Below, piece after piece: positions 51,726-64,000 of a stretch of 64,000 nt of DNA (the first letter of the stretch is position 1; the number at the start of each line of letters is the position of its first letter). A program made the position numbers and the translations under genes. The DNA comes from Cycas panzhihuaensis (taxonomy: Eukaryota; Plantae; Cycadophyta), in the NCBI GenBank assembly GCA_023213395.1, contig CM041465.1:171623741-171687740 (forward strand), written 5' to 3'. The notes beneath the pieces are model-generated. The model was given only the letters and a program-made list of their open reading frames with translations. It did no database searches and was not told where the DNA came from.

Positions 51726-54700
51726 AGGGCAAAGCTTTTTTAAGGGGGGACTTTGTTAGGGATCCAACCCCTAACTTACCTTTTCTTATATTCTCTTATA
51801 TCTTGTACTTCTTCTCTCTCTTATATCTTTATTTCTTCTACTTCTTCCCTTTTCTTAATATCCCACATGCATAAGTAGAAGGTTGTGTAGTGGTCATTGA
51901 GCACTATATATATTCATGTAATATCCCACATGCATAAGGAGGCGGTTGAGTAGTAAGCATAGAGACATATATATATTTGTGTAATCCTTAGAGTATGATA
52001 TCTTGAATATCATTGTTAATTGCATATAATTGGGAGGTTGCCCCCTCGAAGGGTATTGCAATATAAGTGCTCTTTTGGAGTTATTTGCTTATTATATTGG
52101 TGTGTAATCATCATTAAGGAGTGGTATCCTACCAAACTCTAGAAAGATAAATTTATTGTTAAACGACTTTTCAATAAATTTAAAATTATTGCTTTAGGAC
52201 CCATTGATCATAAAATAGGTCTGTATAGTTTAATAAAACTAAATCAATCCAAAACTAACTCTTTTAGTGTCTTTATAGCTAAATATGACCTAGCCAATAA
52301 GCTATGGTATGCCTAGTTTGGCCATACATGTTTTGGCAAATTACAATATGGTACATAAGCTTCCATCCCTATCTACTATTCATGGTTTTTGTGAAGTTTA
52401 TATAATAGGTAAACAACACATAGATCCCTTTCTGCATTAAATATAATTTTGAGCAAAAGTTCCACTCAAACTTGTTCACTTAGATATTTATTGTCCCTTC
52501 TAAGTACCATCATACTCTAGAAGTAAATATTTTATTACTTTTATCAATGACTTCTCTAGGAAATATTGAGTATACATGCTAAAAAATAGAAGTCAAATAT
52601 TTGATATATTTATTGAGTTTAAAATATTGGTTGAAAACCTATCTACTTCTAAAATTAAAATCTTCAAATCTAACAATACTAAAGAGTACTTAAGTAATAA
52701 ATTTACTTCATATTATAAAAAGTATGAAATTAAATTTTAATATTCTTTTGCTTATACTCCTCAATAGAATGGTGTTGTTGAAGGCAAGAACCATACTCTT
52801 ATAGAAATAACCAAATGCATGAGACATACAAAAGGTTTTAACCTAAAGTTATGGGATGAAGTAATAAATTGCTCTAACTATTTATTAAATCATTTATCAA
52901 GTAAGTCCTTACATAAAGTCACACTAGAAAAAAAGTGGTTTGGTAAAATATCATCTATAAAACATCTTAGAATTTTCGGCAGTGCTGCGTGGGGACATAT
53001 TCCAAAAGAAAAACAAAATAAACTTGATCTTAAAAGTGTAAAATTTATCTCAATTGGGTATAACAAAGAAAGTAAGCCATATATATTATTAGATCTAATC
53101 ACACATAAAGTCTTAATTTTATGTGGTGTTATTTTTAATAAAGGTGGATCTTTATCAAAAATAAATCTTATAGAACTTCCTATTGAGAGCTTATTAACTA
53201 ATACTTACTTAATTGACCCCTTAAAAAAATAAGCTAATAGTATTAATCGATAGTTTATCTATACAAGTCTAGAATTAGACCTTAACTAAACCTAATACGT
53301 CATATCCATCCACTTCTAATTAGCCAACTTCTTCTAATCAACCTCCCAATTCTAATTCTTCTTCAAGAAAAAAACAATTGGTTTGGGCTTAGAAACCCTT
53401 TCAGTTGTTGGTTATGATATTGGTGATCCATCGAATACAAAGAAACCAGATGACAAAAACTACAAGCTAACTTTGCATTAATAGCCAAAGTAATGGATAA
53501 CAATAATCCTAAACTTATAAAGAAGCTTGTCATAATCCTGTATGGTAATAAGCCATGTAAGTAGAATACGATGCTCTTCAAAAAAACTCAACTTGAGATT
53601 TAGTATAATTACCTTCTAGTAAGAATTTGATAGACTGCAAGTGGGTTACTGAACAAAGTATAATTTAGAAGGAGCAATTGAGAAACATATGGATCATTTG
53701 GTTGCCAAAGGATTTTCTGAGTTTGAAGGTATTGATTACATTGAAACCTTTGATACTGTCACTAAAATAAATATAATCAAAATAATTATAGCTCTTACAA
53801 CCAAATTTAGTTAGAAAATACATCAAGTGGATGTAAAGAACACTTTCTTAAATGACAATCTTAAAGAAGAAATTTATATGAATTAATCCCTTACCTTTGC
53901 ATCTAATCCTAATCTTGTTTGCAAACTAAAAAAATATTACATAGTCTTAAATAAGATCATAGGGCTTAGTACATTAAGATTGCTAACTATCTTCTTCAAA
54001 ATAGATACACTAAATATGTTAGTGATCCTAATCCTTATTTGAAACTCTAAGATGATTACATTACCATTTTAATTCTTTATGTTGATGATATTATAATAAT
54101 CAGATCTCTACTTTCTCATATTCATCAATTAAAATCTATTTTTAATAAGTAAATTTAAAATGACTGACTTAGGTCTTTTATATTATTTTTTAGGTCTATA
54201 GATCTATCAATCTAAATTAAAAATAACTATCTCACAACTCAAGTATATTATTGATTTAATAAAAAGATTCAATATAGAAAATGGAGAGCTAGCTCTAACC
54301 CTTCTACAATCAAGTATGAAATTAATAACCAATTGTCAATCTCCAACATGTGATTTTACCTTATATCATCAATTAATAGGTAGTCTTAATTATGTAATCT
54401 GCACCTGCCCAAATATCTCTTATACTATTGTCTTATGTTTAAGGTACATATAAAATTCTCATGAATCATACTGGAAAGCAACTAAATGAATCTCACATTA
54501 TCTTCAAGGTATAATTTACTATGGTCTCACCTATAACTTCTATAATACTAACCTTAAGTTAACATATTATACAAATTTAGATTGGGTAGGTGACTCCAAT
54601 GATAAAAAAATAATAGCTAGTTATGTCTTCTTACTCAACTCTTCACCAATCACTTTATCTAATAAGAAGATGCAATCATTAGTATTATCTATGATAGAAG

Positions 54701-55546
54701 CTAAATATCGAGCATTGGTAGAAGTTAGTAAAGAATCACTTTAGATTAAAGCTCTATTAAATGAGTTTGGTTTATTTCCTAACTCTTCCATTTAAATAAA
54801 TATTGATAATTAAGGTGCAATATCTATAGCTACTAATTATGTCTCACATTCTAGAACTAAGCACATAGAATTACATCAACATTTTATTCATAATCTTATT
54901 AATGGCAATACTATTAATCTGCCTTATTGTCTTATAGATTTACAGATTATTGACACTCTAACAAATCCATTAATTGAAGCTATGAGAATGTTTAAAGATT
55001 AATGAAATTTTCATCAAAGAGGGATTACCATGCTGAAGTCTTCATCTTCTTCTTCTTTATCTTCTTTACTATCTTCTATATCATATATTATATAAAAGAT
55101 AACATGAAAAGGGGGTGTTAAAAATATTATGTATCCTAATATTATCTTTTATAACTATTGAATAATGAATGTATTTAATTAAAGTTAAAAGGTTATTACA
55201 AAAAGTTTGGTGAAATGGATAACTATCAATTTTAATGAACCTTTCTCCCATAATTATTCTAGAATCTTTCAAGTATGGTTAGCTTGGAAGATCTAGGAGG
55301 TTGGCTAGTATGGTTATATAGGTAGAAAAGACTAACTAAAACTATAGAGAGAGGGTAAGATCCTTATCACCATTATTCTTTCATGTATCTACTTTATTAT
55401 TATTATAAAAGTACTATACTTAGATGTAGTTTTTACTCCCCTAAAGGGGTTTTCCACTTGCCATATCTAGTGTATCTAATTTGGTTGGATTTATTACTAA
55501 TATTCTATGATTATACCTATATTTATGAATTGATACCCTCTCTCTA

Positions 55547-55573
55547 GTATATGTATGTGTGTGTATATGTGTT

Positions 55574-55623
<50 letters not shown>

Positions 55624-55666
55624 TACATATATATATATATAGACACACACACATATATATATATAT
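55547..55666. repeat. Compound (TA)n microsatellite, right half
   Basis: Lies between the Copia 3' LTR and the next element's LTR. Confidence 0.9.
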
Positions 55667-58600
55667 TATTAGCTATAATATTTATTATTTTATTAAAGGT
55701 ATACATAAGTTACCTTGGGACTTCACAAGCTATCAATAGCTGCCAACATCTATTAAGTCTATATTTTAAATTATTATTTTAAATTTTAAAGTTGTTGTTG
55801 GATGGCGTGTTCCCTCCCAACCTCTCAACCATAAATTAGTGATATTTTGCCCAAAAGTGTTTCCCAACACTGCCATTATGCTAAAAATTTATTACAATGG
55901 ATAACTAATATTGATTTTTATGTTATATTCTTTCGCAAATATGGAATAACTATTATTCTACTCTATTCCCTTATTTATTTCATTTGGTATTAAAGCTTCT
56001 TAAGTTGGCTTCATTTGGCTATATTTGGTATTAAAGTAAAGACTTAAAGATTTATCAAAAATGACTCACAACAAGTATTATGTTAAATTTTTATTCACTT
56101 TTATAAAGTTTATTAATAGTTTTTTATATTATTTTATTAAATATTTGACTATTTTAATTCATATGCTCAATATAATTTGTATTTTCTCATATCTATACAG
56201 TAATAGTTGGCATCATCTTAACATTCGTTTGAAACCATTACATTGAGGTTTCATTTAATATTTTACAAGATTTTAATAGTTTTCTCACTATTTTTTTAGG
56301 TTTTTCTATAAATCTTGACTTCTACAAGCTAGTGCACTCTCCAAGGTAGTCAAAACTATTAAAACATAATGTTTAATTTATATATATATATATATATAGA
56401 TAGATAGATAGATAGATATGGCGTACACATATACCTCCCACCATTCACCTACTTTGAGATATATGAGATACACACATATCAATGTTATCCTACTATTGGA
56501 TGATGTAAAGGCTTATTGTATGTGATAGGCTACTCATGAGGTGATTATCACTATATATTTATACTCTCACCACTTGAGAACTTGAGAAAGGAGAGAGGAG
56601 AAAGATGTAATTATTATGATAGTAAGTAGAGTCCTAACTCCACCTTCTCCCATAGTTTTTCCCACACTAGATTTTCTATGTATAAATTTTGGTGTCTTAT
56701 AGGGATGATTATGTTTGATAATTACTTTGCTTTATATGTTTAATGTTTTATACTCATGAGTTGGTATTAGAGCAGTGTTGCATCCAAGCCGCTATGGTGA
56801 GGTAAAGATCCTACTATTTAAGATTCTAGCCTATCAAGCCTATGATAGGAGAAATTTATGAAGAAGTTTTTGATGAACCAATATATTCATATACCAGTGA
56901 CATTCAAGATCATTTACAGGATATAAGAAGCTAGTCAAGCTGCATACAGTAGATATTGCTAGTATGTTTATATGTTGATTTTATGTGGACATTTTATTTA
57001 TGAATGTTGGGCCCTATATACATATAGCATATAGGTATTTATAGTAGTCCACATCATATTATATTTAATCCATAAGTGAATGCTTTTACGAGTATCCCTT
57101 AATAGATTTTCTATCACTCATGGATCATTCCAGAGGCTTTTACAAGCATCTTACAATGAGATTTGCTGCTAGAATGAAGCTAACCCATCAATACATCATG
57201 AAGTAGGAAGTAAGCATGTATAACACCCTATTAATAGGTATTTTTATGATAGTATGAAAGGTATGTGGCATATTGTTATTATAACATGAAATACTTATGA
57301 GATATGACGTATAAGGGCATGATTATATTTTATTGGACATGACTACTTAGGTTATGACTGAATGTCTAACCTTAGATGATGGGTAGATAATTTATATCAC
57401 ATGGATATTGAAGGATTATTTTATTTTCTTGTTAAAATGTAAGAATTATACATATTTATATATTTGATAAAGGCATGTTGATGGACTATTTTGAGTAGTA
57501 GATTATGGATGTGATAGATATCTTAACAAGGGTCTTATTTATGAGTAAGGTTGAAAAACTTGCCATGATTATAGCTTGAATATGTAGTTGTGATGAAGCA
57601 CTCCATACCCTTATTTTCTATCCTTGTAACCACCTTCCTACACCACATTATTATTGTTCTTGCCCTAGTTATCCTTTGTACCGAACTGCCAAGGCACCCC
57701 TTCTACATGCCTAAACATTAACAAAACTATACATAAAGAATAAACCCTTGCTTGTAGCATTCCATGGCTACGATGATCCACACCATCCCATTACCCATCT
57801 GTCACTACTCATAGAATAGAATAATATAAAATAGAGATTTACAAGCCCTAACTCACAATCATGTTATTCGCCTATCAACCATGGTGATATGTCATAGATA
57901 AGAGAATACGATTGCCTTCAATTGCACCATAGCTGAATGTTATCTCACAACCAATGGAGAATGAAAATGCCCTCGCAAATCTGAAGAATAACCAACCAAG
58001 AAATGGCTGAATGCCTCACCCTAGCTGAGCTCAAACAGAGACAAAACCTGTTACATTCATCATGTAATTGGAGACATAAATTTTAGAGTTGGTGGTTATA
58101 ATGCCTTATGCTGGAGAAGAACTTAAACATGCCCTTGTAATGGTAGCCATGTGTAGTTTACAATTGGGTACCATCTGGACCGAACGCCTCTACAAAAACT
58201 TGGTGTAACCAAAATAGAGTCTCAACCCATACTTGCTCACCTCTAAATCCATAAGATGGTACCACACAATCGTATAAAATTGAAATATATCTGCAATGTT
58301 GTAGCTAAAGGGTAGACCCTACTCATTGAAGAGAAAATTTCAATCAATCATGCTTTGTTTGCCATTGCAGAGCTGTACTACTTATAGCCATATAGTTCAC
58401 ATATGCAAACCCTATGAATGAAGCATTTCTATGCATCATGTAGTTGTAATAATTTATAGAGATTTTTATATGATGAAGCTATTTTGAGTAGAGGTAGATC
58501 ATGCTCCATCACTTTCGTTCAAATTAACCATATCAACTAGCAAATAATCATATAACTTGATCTATCGGAGAAGCAAATTTATAGACAGATATATTATTTA

Positions 58601-61600
58601 CATAATAGGGATGTAGTTCAAGATTTTTTGAAACCTTAAAAAAAATTATATTTTAAATGATTAATTTAATTATTTTTCATAAATTTTTAAATCTAGATGG
58701 AGTAGCTTATATATTGTCAGGCGGTCATATGGAGATCCAATATAACCAAGGGCTATGCTATTAAGGGTTAGAGATCAAATCCTAATAAACTAAATTGAAT
58801 GACTTTTGATTTTTCAAAAATTATATTTGAAATTTAATTACAATTTTGGTTCCATAATCATTTTCTTAAGGGTTACACACTATTTCATAGCATACTGGTA
58901 TATTTTACTTTATAACTTCTCAAAAAAGTATCAGAATTAGATGTTGTATATTATGTTGGAAAACTGAGTTCGAGACGATCACAATGGTTGGTCACATGAC
59001 CTACTTTGGATAGTAAAAGATAGATAAACTTAAGAGTAAAGTTGATACAAAGGCTTAAAATCTCATTTTTATTGATTTTCATATCAATTTTCAGAAAAAA
59101 TTTAGTCAATCTCAATGTTTCTCATGGCTCCAAACATGGTGCTAAACTTATTTTTGAGGAATGGTGGATCATTATTATAGTTTGGTTTAAAATTAAGCAT
59201 TTTGAGGCATATTTATGATATTTTAAGGCCCATTTTAGCTAGAAAAATTTAATTAAGTGAGACATATTTGATGGGTTTATCACATGAGACATCCTTGATA
59301 TGTTGGTTTTTCATTTCCCCCTTGGCAACATCATATTTGATTTAGCAGATGATAAAAACCCTAATTAAACATATAGATCACCTAGTTATTAAAGTAGTTT
59401 ATGTTATTTAGTTAGTATAATTACCTTGTTATAATTAACTTACCATGGCTATGTAGTTCAACTAGTCCTAGAGTTGATTATTTAAGATGATGTAGTTGTT
59501 GACTTAATCTAACTAATGAAACTTTGATACATTCTTACAAGCAATTTGGAAAGATGATGAACTAGGTACTTGGAAGCAATTTCCTAATGAATTGGTGATT
59601 ACATCGATTGGTCACCTATGTATTTCAGTAGATGGATATTATTTTATATGGACTCAAATATTGCTTTGTTTGATTTGACAGACAACTTAATATAGATTGA
59701 AAGCAGCTACCACATAGGTGAAGATATGAAGATGTGCACAAAACACTTCATATATGTCATTTTATAGTTATATGTCCTTTATAGGTTACATTGATTTGAT
59801 ACAGAAGCTCTACTCGAAAGACAGCCTTACAATGTGATGAATTCACCCATAATATATATGATACAGCTTATTTATAGGTTATAGATACAGGTTATTTACA
59901 GGTCACATGTGATACTATATATAGGATATAGGTGATAGTTACAAGTTATAGGTGCCAACATACAAGATGAAGAAATGAAGATCTAAGATCAAGATTAAAG
60001 GATATTAAACATTATGGGGGGGTTGTTAAAACATAATGTTTAATGTATACATGGTGTACATGTGCACTTCCTACCATTCACCTACTGTGAGATATGTGAG
60101 ATGCACACATATCGATGCTATCTTACTATTGAATGATATAAAGGCTCATTGTATGTGATAGGCTACTCATAAGGTAATTATCATTATATATTTGTATTCT
60201 TACCACTTGAGAACTTGAGAAAGGAGAGAGGAGAAAGATGTAATCTTTATGATCATGAGTAGAGTCCTAACTCCACCTTCTCCCATGGTTTTTCTCACAC
60301 TAGGTTTTCCACATATAAATTTTGGTGTCTTGTGATGATAATTATATTTGATGATTGCTTTACTTTACATGTTTGATGTTTTATACTCATGAGTTTATAT
60401 TATTATATCTTCATACTTTTAACAAAAATTATCTCAAGTGACCATTTGTTTAAAAGCTATCTGAGTCAACTCCACACCAAATTCAATAGTTTCAAATTAT
60501 GTTGCCTCTCGATGGAGATATTACTTTCAGAAGCTCACCCTCTTTAGCTATCTACTGAAACCCTAATGCACCATTTAAAAATCATTAGTTTATGCTTTGA
60601 TTTCTCTCTAATCTCTATAGATCAAGGTTGTAGGTCCATTAGTAACTATATAAAGATATTTTATGAGCTTTTTTGCCCTTTGTTTGAATCGTACAAACTC
60701 TAGTTAACTATTTGGTCTCCAAACCTTCCATCGCTTCATTCTATCTCTCTACTTAGTAGAATTTGATGAAACTTGATGTGCGTCTTTGCATTAGGTATCT
60801 CTTACTTCTCCTAAAATTTTGTCTTAATCTAAGTTGTGTATGAAGATATCTAGCTCCCTAAAGTTTTTACACATGTGTAAACCTATGAAATTCGTGAACA
60901 TTATTTTTTATATTTTAAATCATTTTTTATTTATTTTAAAGTTCTAAAGTTAAAGTAAATTTAATTTAATTTTATAATATTTGGTGTTTAATCCTAAAGC
61001 CCCCAACTTTTGGTCCCATTAAGACTTCATATGACCTCTTCTTTTAATTTTTTAAGCCTAGATTCCAAATCTTATAAGTTATTTTTAGTAAATTTGGATT
61101 TAAAGAGGTTTAATTATTTATCATAAAGTTTGAGGTCCACTAGGCCTATTCTTAGGCTAGTGGCTAGTCTTATTCACCTTTCAGGTGACCATGGGCTTCA
61201 TTGAAAGGGGTTTAACCCCCCCACTCCTCCCAATTCAGATTTTTCGTCATAAAGACACATCCTTATTGTTTTGCTTATAAATTTTAATCAAGGAGTCTAT
61301 TTTTCAAATGTGTAGATCCATTGGAAAGCTGGTTCATTAATCTATATACTAAAGCTATTTTCATTATGATCTAAAGTTATTTTCTAGGAGTTTAAGGCTA
61401 TTAAAATGAACCCTTCTGTTTGACCTAAGTTTGAGCTCTTTTCAGTAGTTTTGAATAATTTAACAATTTTATTCAAGCTTATTTATATTTTATTAAGACA
61501 CTAATCATATTTTGGTTGATTTCACTTGGTTTTTTTAGGCTTACATATGATTTTTTATAGAATATTATGAAATTTTACCTTTTGAAGGAGAAGGGATAAT

Positions 61601-63200
61601 AGTTGGACACCTTTTCATATATAAAGAGACTTTTAAACCCTACATCATTTTATTTTAAAGCTTTTATTTCATTTTTTAGCTCATTCATTTTATTTTAAAG
61701 TTTATATCAATCTTGTCTACTTTATTTAAAGAATAATTTATCTCCTTTTTAAAGCTTATTTTCAAAGAGCCTTTAAGGTTATCTCCTTACACCTTAAAGG
61801 CTCATATAAAGTGTATTTAGTGCATCTTAAAAGCTTATTTACACTTTAGATCATTTTTAGCTTATTCATCTTTATTTTAAAGTTCATATTAGGCTCTTTT
61901 ATCTCATTTAAAGGTCACTTATGCTTCATTATTAAAATATATTTCAAAGTCCAATTAAGATTCTTGTATTACACTTAAAAGTTCACCTAGAGTGCATCTT
62001 ATTACATCCTTAAAAGCTCTTTTAAAAGGTTCTTTTATTTCCTTACATTTCATATTATTTTTAGAGTTCATTTGTATCACTTTGAAAGCTTATTAGTTTC
62101 ATATTTATTCCATTAAAAAGGATCATTTATCTTATATTTATTTCATTTAAAGAGGTTTATTTCATTTCATTTTCAAAGTTGATTTTCTTTGTTAAGAAGG
62201 AACCTTGTTGGTATTAATTTGAAAGTTTATTTGTTCTATATTTATTTTATTTAAAAAGAGGTTTATTTCATTTAACTTTTAAGTTGTTTTCATTTGATAG
62301 GAATCTTATTTGTTAGATAAGACCACAGATTTTCTTTAGATTATGTATTAGAGATTTTATATAATGATAATAAATTTTGATGATATACTTTTACAAATAT
62401 TTATTAGAACTAATTTTCCACTTTGGAGTAAAATGATGAAATAGTTTTTTATTACTAAAAATCTTTAGAATTTTGTAAGGGATAGTTATAATGACTTAGG
62501 TGATAATTCTACCCTAGAAAAGGAATAAATCTTTAAAGAAAATATGAAGAAAGATAATGAAGTATTAATGTTAATATTTTATGCATTGGATGACAACATA
62601 TTCTTAAGCATAAGTGGAATAACTACATCAAAGAATGCATAGAACACTTTGGAATTGATTTATAAGGGAGCCACAACCATTAAATTAGAATAAGATAAAT
62701 ACATTAATGATGTGTTATCTATAAGAGAGATGTTATAACATGATGACAATGTTATATTTAATAATATTATGTGCACTATTGACCTAAATGACTCCAAAAA
62801 AGTAGATGATTACTACAAGATAAAAGTTGAGGAAGATAAAGACCATAATGAAGTCGAATCCTCCAGATTTACTCATACAAATTAAGTCAACTTTGTCATA
62901 CTAAGACAAGCTTGGTAACTACATGAGCCTCATATTATTGAAGAGGCCTATATTACAATGACATCAATATAGGATGGTGATATATAATTAGTTTATTACA
63001 AAGTAAAGTAATAAGCAACAGATCTTTTTCCTAAGGTCTTTCTAAAGTTCAAGTTCCATGAATTCAAAGAGAAGCTTGACATTACACATAATAAAAATTA
63101 TAGAGGAGAATGTTAGCAATGATATTCATTATTTTATTAAAGGTATGCAAAAGTTACCTTGAGACTTCATAAGCTATCAATAGATGCCAACAACCTCTAA
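55667..63200 (+). mobile_element. Gag-only (TR-GAG-like) element, copy B (5' LTR 55667-55982; 3' LTR from 63111, interrupted near 63200)
   Basis: 55667-55748 repeats at 63111-63192. PBS TGGTATTAAAGC 55985-55996, PPT 63097-63110. 62365-63085 is homologous to the reverse complement of 41700-42373. Confidence 0.75.
56357..60424 (+). mobile_element. Non-coding LARD-like LTR element, copy B (LTRs 56357-56760 and 60024-60424)
   Basis: LTR pair, TSD AAAAC/AAAAT, PBS TGGTATTAGAGC 56762-56773, G-rich PPT near 60016-60022. The 5' LTR lacks its last ~30 bp. No gag/pol motifs found. Confidence 0.85.
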
Positions 63201-63202
63201 TA

Positions 63203-64000
63203 TGTTAGAATTAGAAATGTAATAATCATAAAACTCTAATGGTGAGTAAATGAATAAAGCAATAAAGTACAAAAGATGAAGTATGTACAAAATAGATACC
63301 ATGTTAGAGAATTGACCAAAACTCAATTATGAATAATGAAGAATACATATTTATAATATAAGCTCACCATTAGTGAGAGAACCTCATTGGTCTACTTAGA
63401 GGTGACACACATATCAAGGTGGCCCACAACTCTAATATAAAATACAAGAAATAGAGAGAGTTTATACAAGGTTAATATAATTGAGTATTACACCCAACAT
63501 TCCCCCATATAATAGTCAATTACATAAATGTTGTCACATCAATAATAAGCTTGAGTCTTCAAAAGTTTACTAGATCACAAATGCTACTGCACATAATAAA
63601 AAAACTGCTGAAGTCTATATGAACTAGAGTCCATCTATCGGAATGCATAGGTCATTAGCCGATGTAATTGCCAATTAGGTAGGAACACCCTTTGTATACA
63701 TGGATTGATCAGGAGCTAGCAAGAGTAGCTAAATAATGTCCCATCCCTTACTCATATGGAAGTATAAGAGTAGTTTTTAAAAGTGTATCTTACCTCTTGC
63801 TCAATAGGACTAGCACTTCTTTGGCATCTAATGGCTAGAAATACAATTGCACTATGGCCTCAAACATGCCACATGGGTTAAAAGATACCTCATTAGGCTA
63901 ACAACTTACCATCATGGGCAAAGTAACTAGCATTAAATGTTTTACATGACTAAAAATACAATGTAATTTATGTAGCACATATGACTCTTTCTCATAAATG
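63203..64000 (-). mobile_element. Probable further LTR element running off the window (LTR ~63203-63499)
   Basis: TGTTAG...CCCAACA followed by TTCCCCC (PPT complement). The partner LTR is not in the window. Confidence 0.45.

Larger units (their letters stand above)
46097..52134 (+). mobile_element. Young full-length chromovirus (Reina-like size) Ty3/Gypsy with 381-bp LTRs (46097-46477 and 51754-52134)
   Basis: Perfect TSD AACTC, PBS TGGTATCAGAGC 46480-46491, PPT AAGGGGGGA near 51742-51750. About 5 mismatches between LTRs counted by eye. Confidence 0.95.
38042..55546 (+). mobile_element. Full-length decayed Ty1/Copia (LTRs 38042-38475 and 55116-55546) with a ~2-kb 5' leader and two nested insertions
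   Basis: LTR pair, PBS TGGTATCAGAG 38477-38487, PPT 55106-55115. Gag from ~40446 with a decayed Zn knuckle near 41280-41325. Protease near 45950. Integrase TPQ*NGVVEGKN and HLRIFGS. RT QVDVKNTFLN and LYVDDIII. RNase H SRTKHIE. Confidence 0.9.

Overview
Plant nuclear DNA. The gene and retrotransposon types suggest a large vascular-plant genome, possibly a gymnosperm (inference). There is one intact host gene, a non-RD LRR receptor kinase of the LRR-XII (FLS2/EFR/XA21-like) type at 13378-16662 (+). It has a W-box-rich promoter and one 81-nt, in-frame, stop-free intron. Nearly everything else is nested LTR retrotransposons, most resolvable by LTR pairs, tRNA-Met PBS, PPT and 5-bp TSDs. (1) A four-level nest: 17551-37264 > 22183-36205 > 23100-32341 > solo LTR 28017-30539. 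(2) A Copia element (38042-55546) hosting a Gag-only element and a young chromovirus. (3) A second Gag-only element hosting a non-coding LARD-like element. (4) Decayed Gypsy/Copia pieces at 1-11.5 kb. There is also a 1.9-kb compound (TA)n array. The most interesting signals are three. First, a structured ~350-500-nt RNA-like module is conserved in the 5' leaders of three divergent chromovirus elements and apparently inside an unrelated solo LTR. Second, a non-coding LTR family has a variable internal cargo slot that holds a captured HSP70 fragment in one copy. Third, repeats show pervasive CHH/CpA-biased C-to-T decay. All alignments, folds and translations were done by eye and need computational confirmation.
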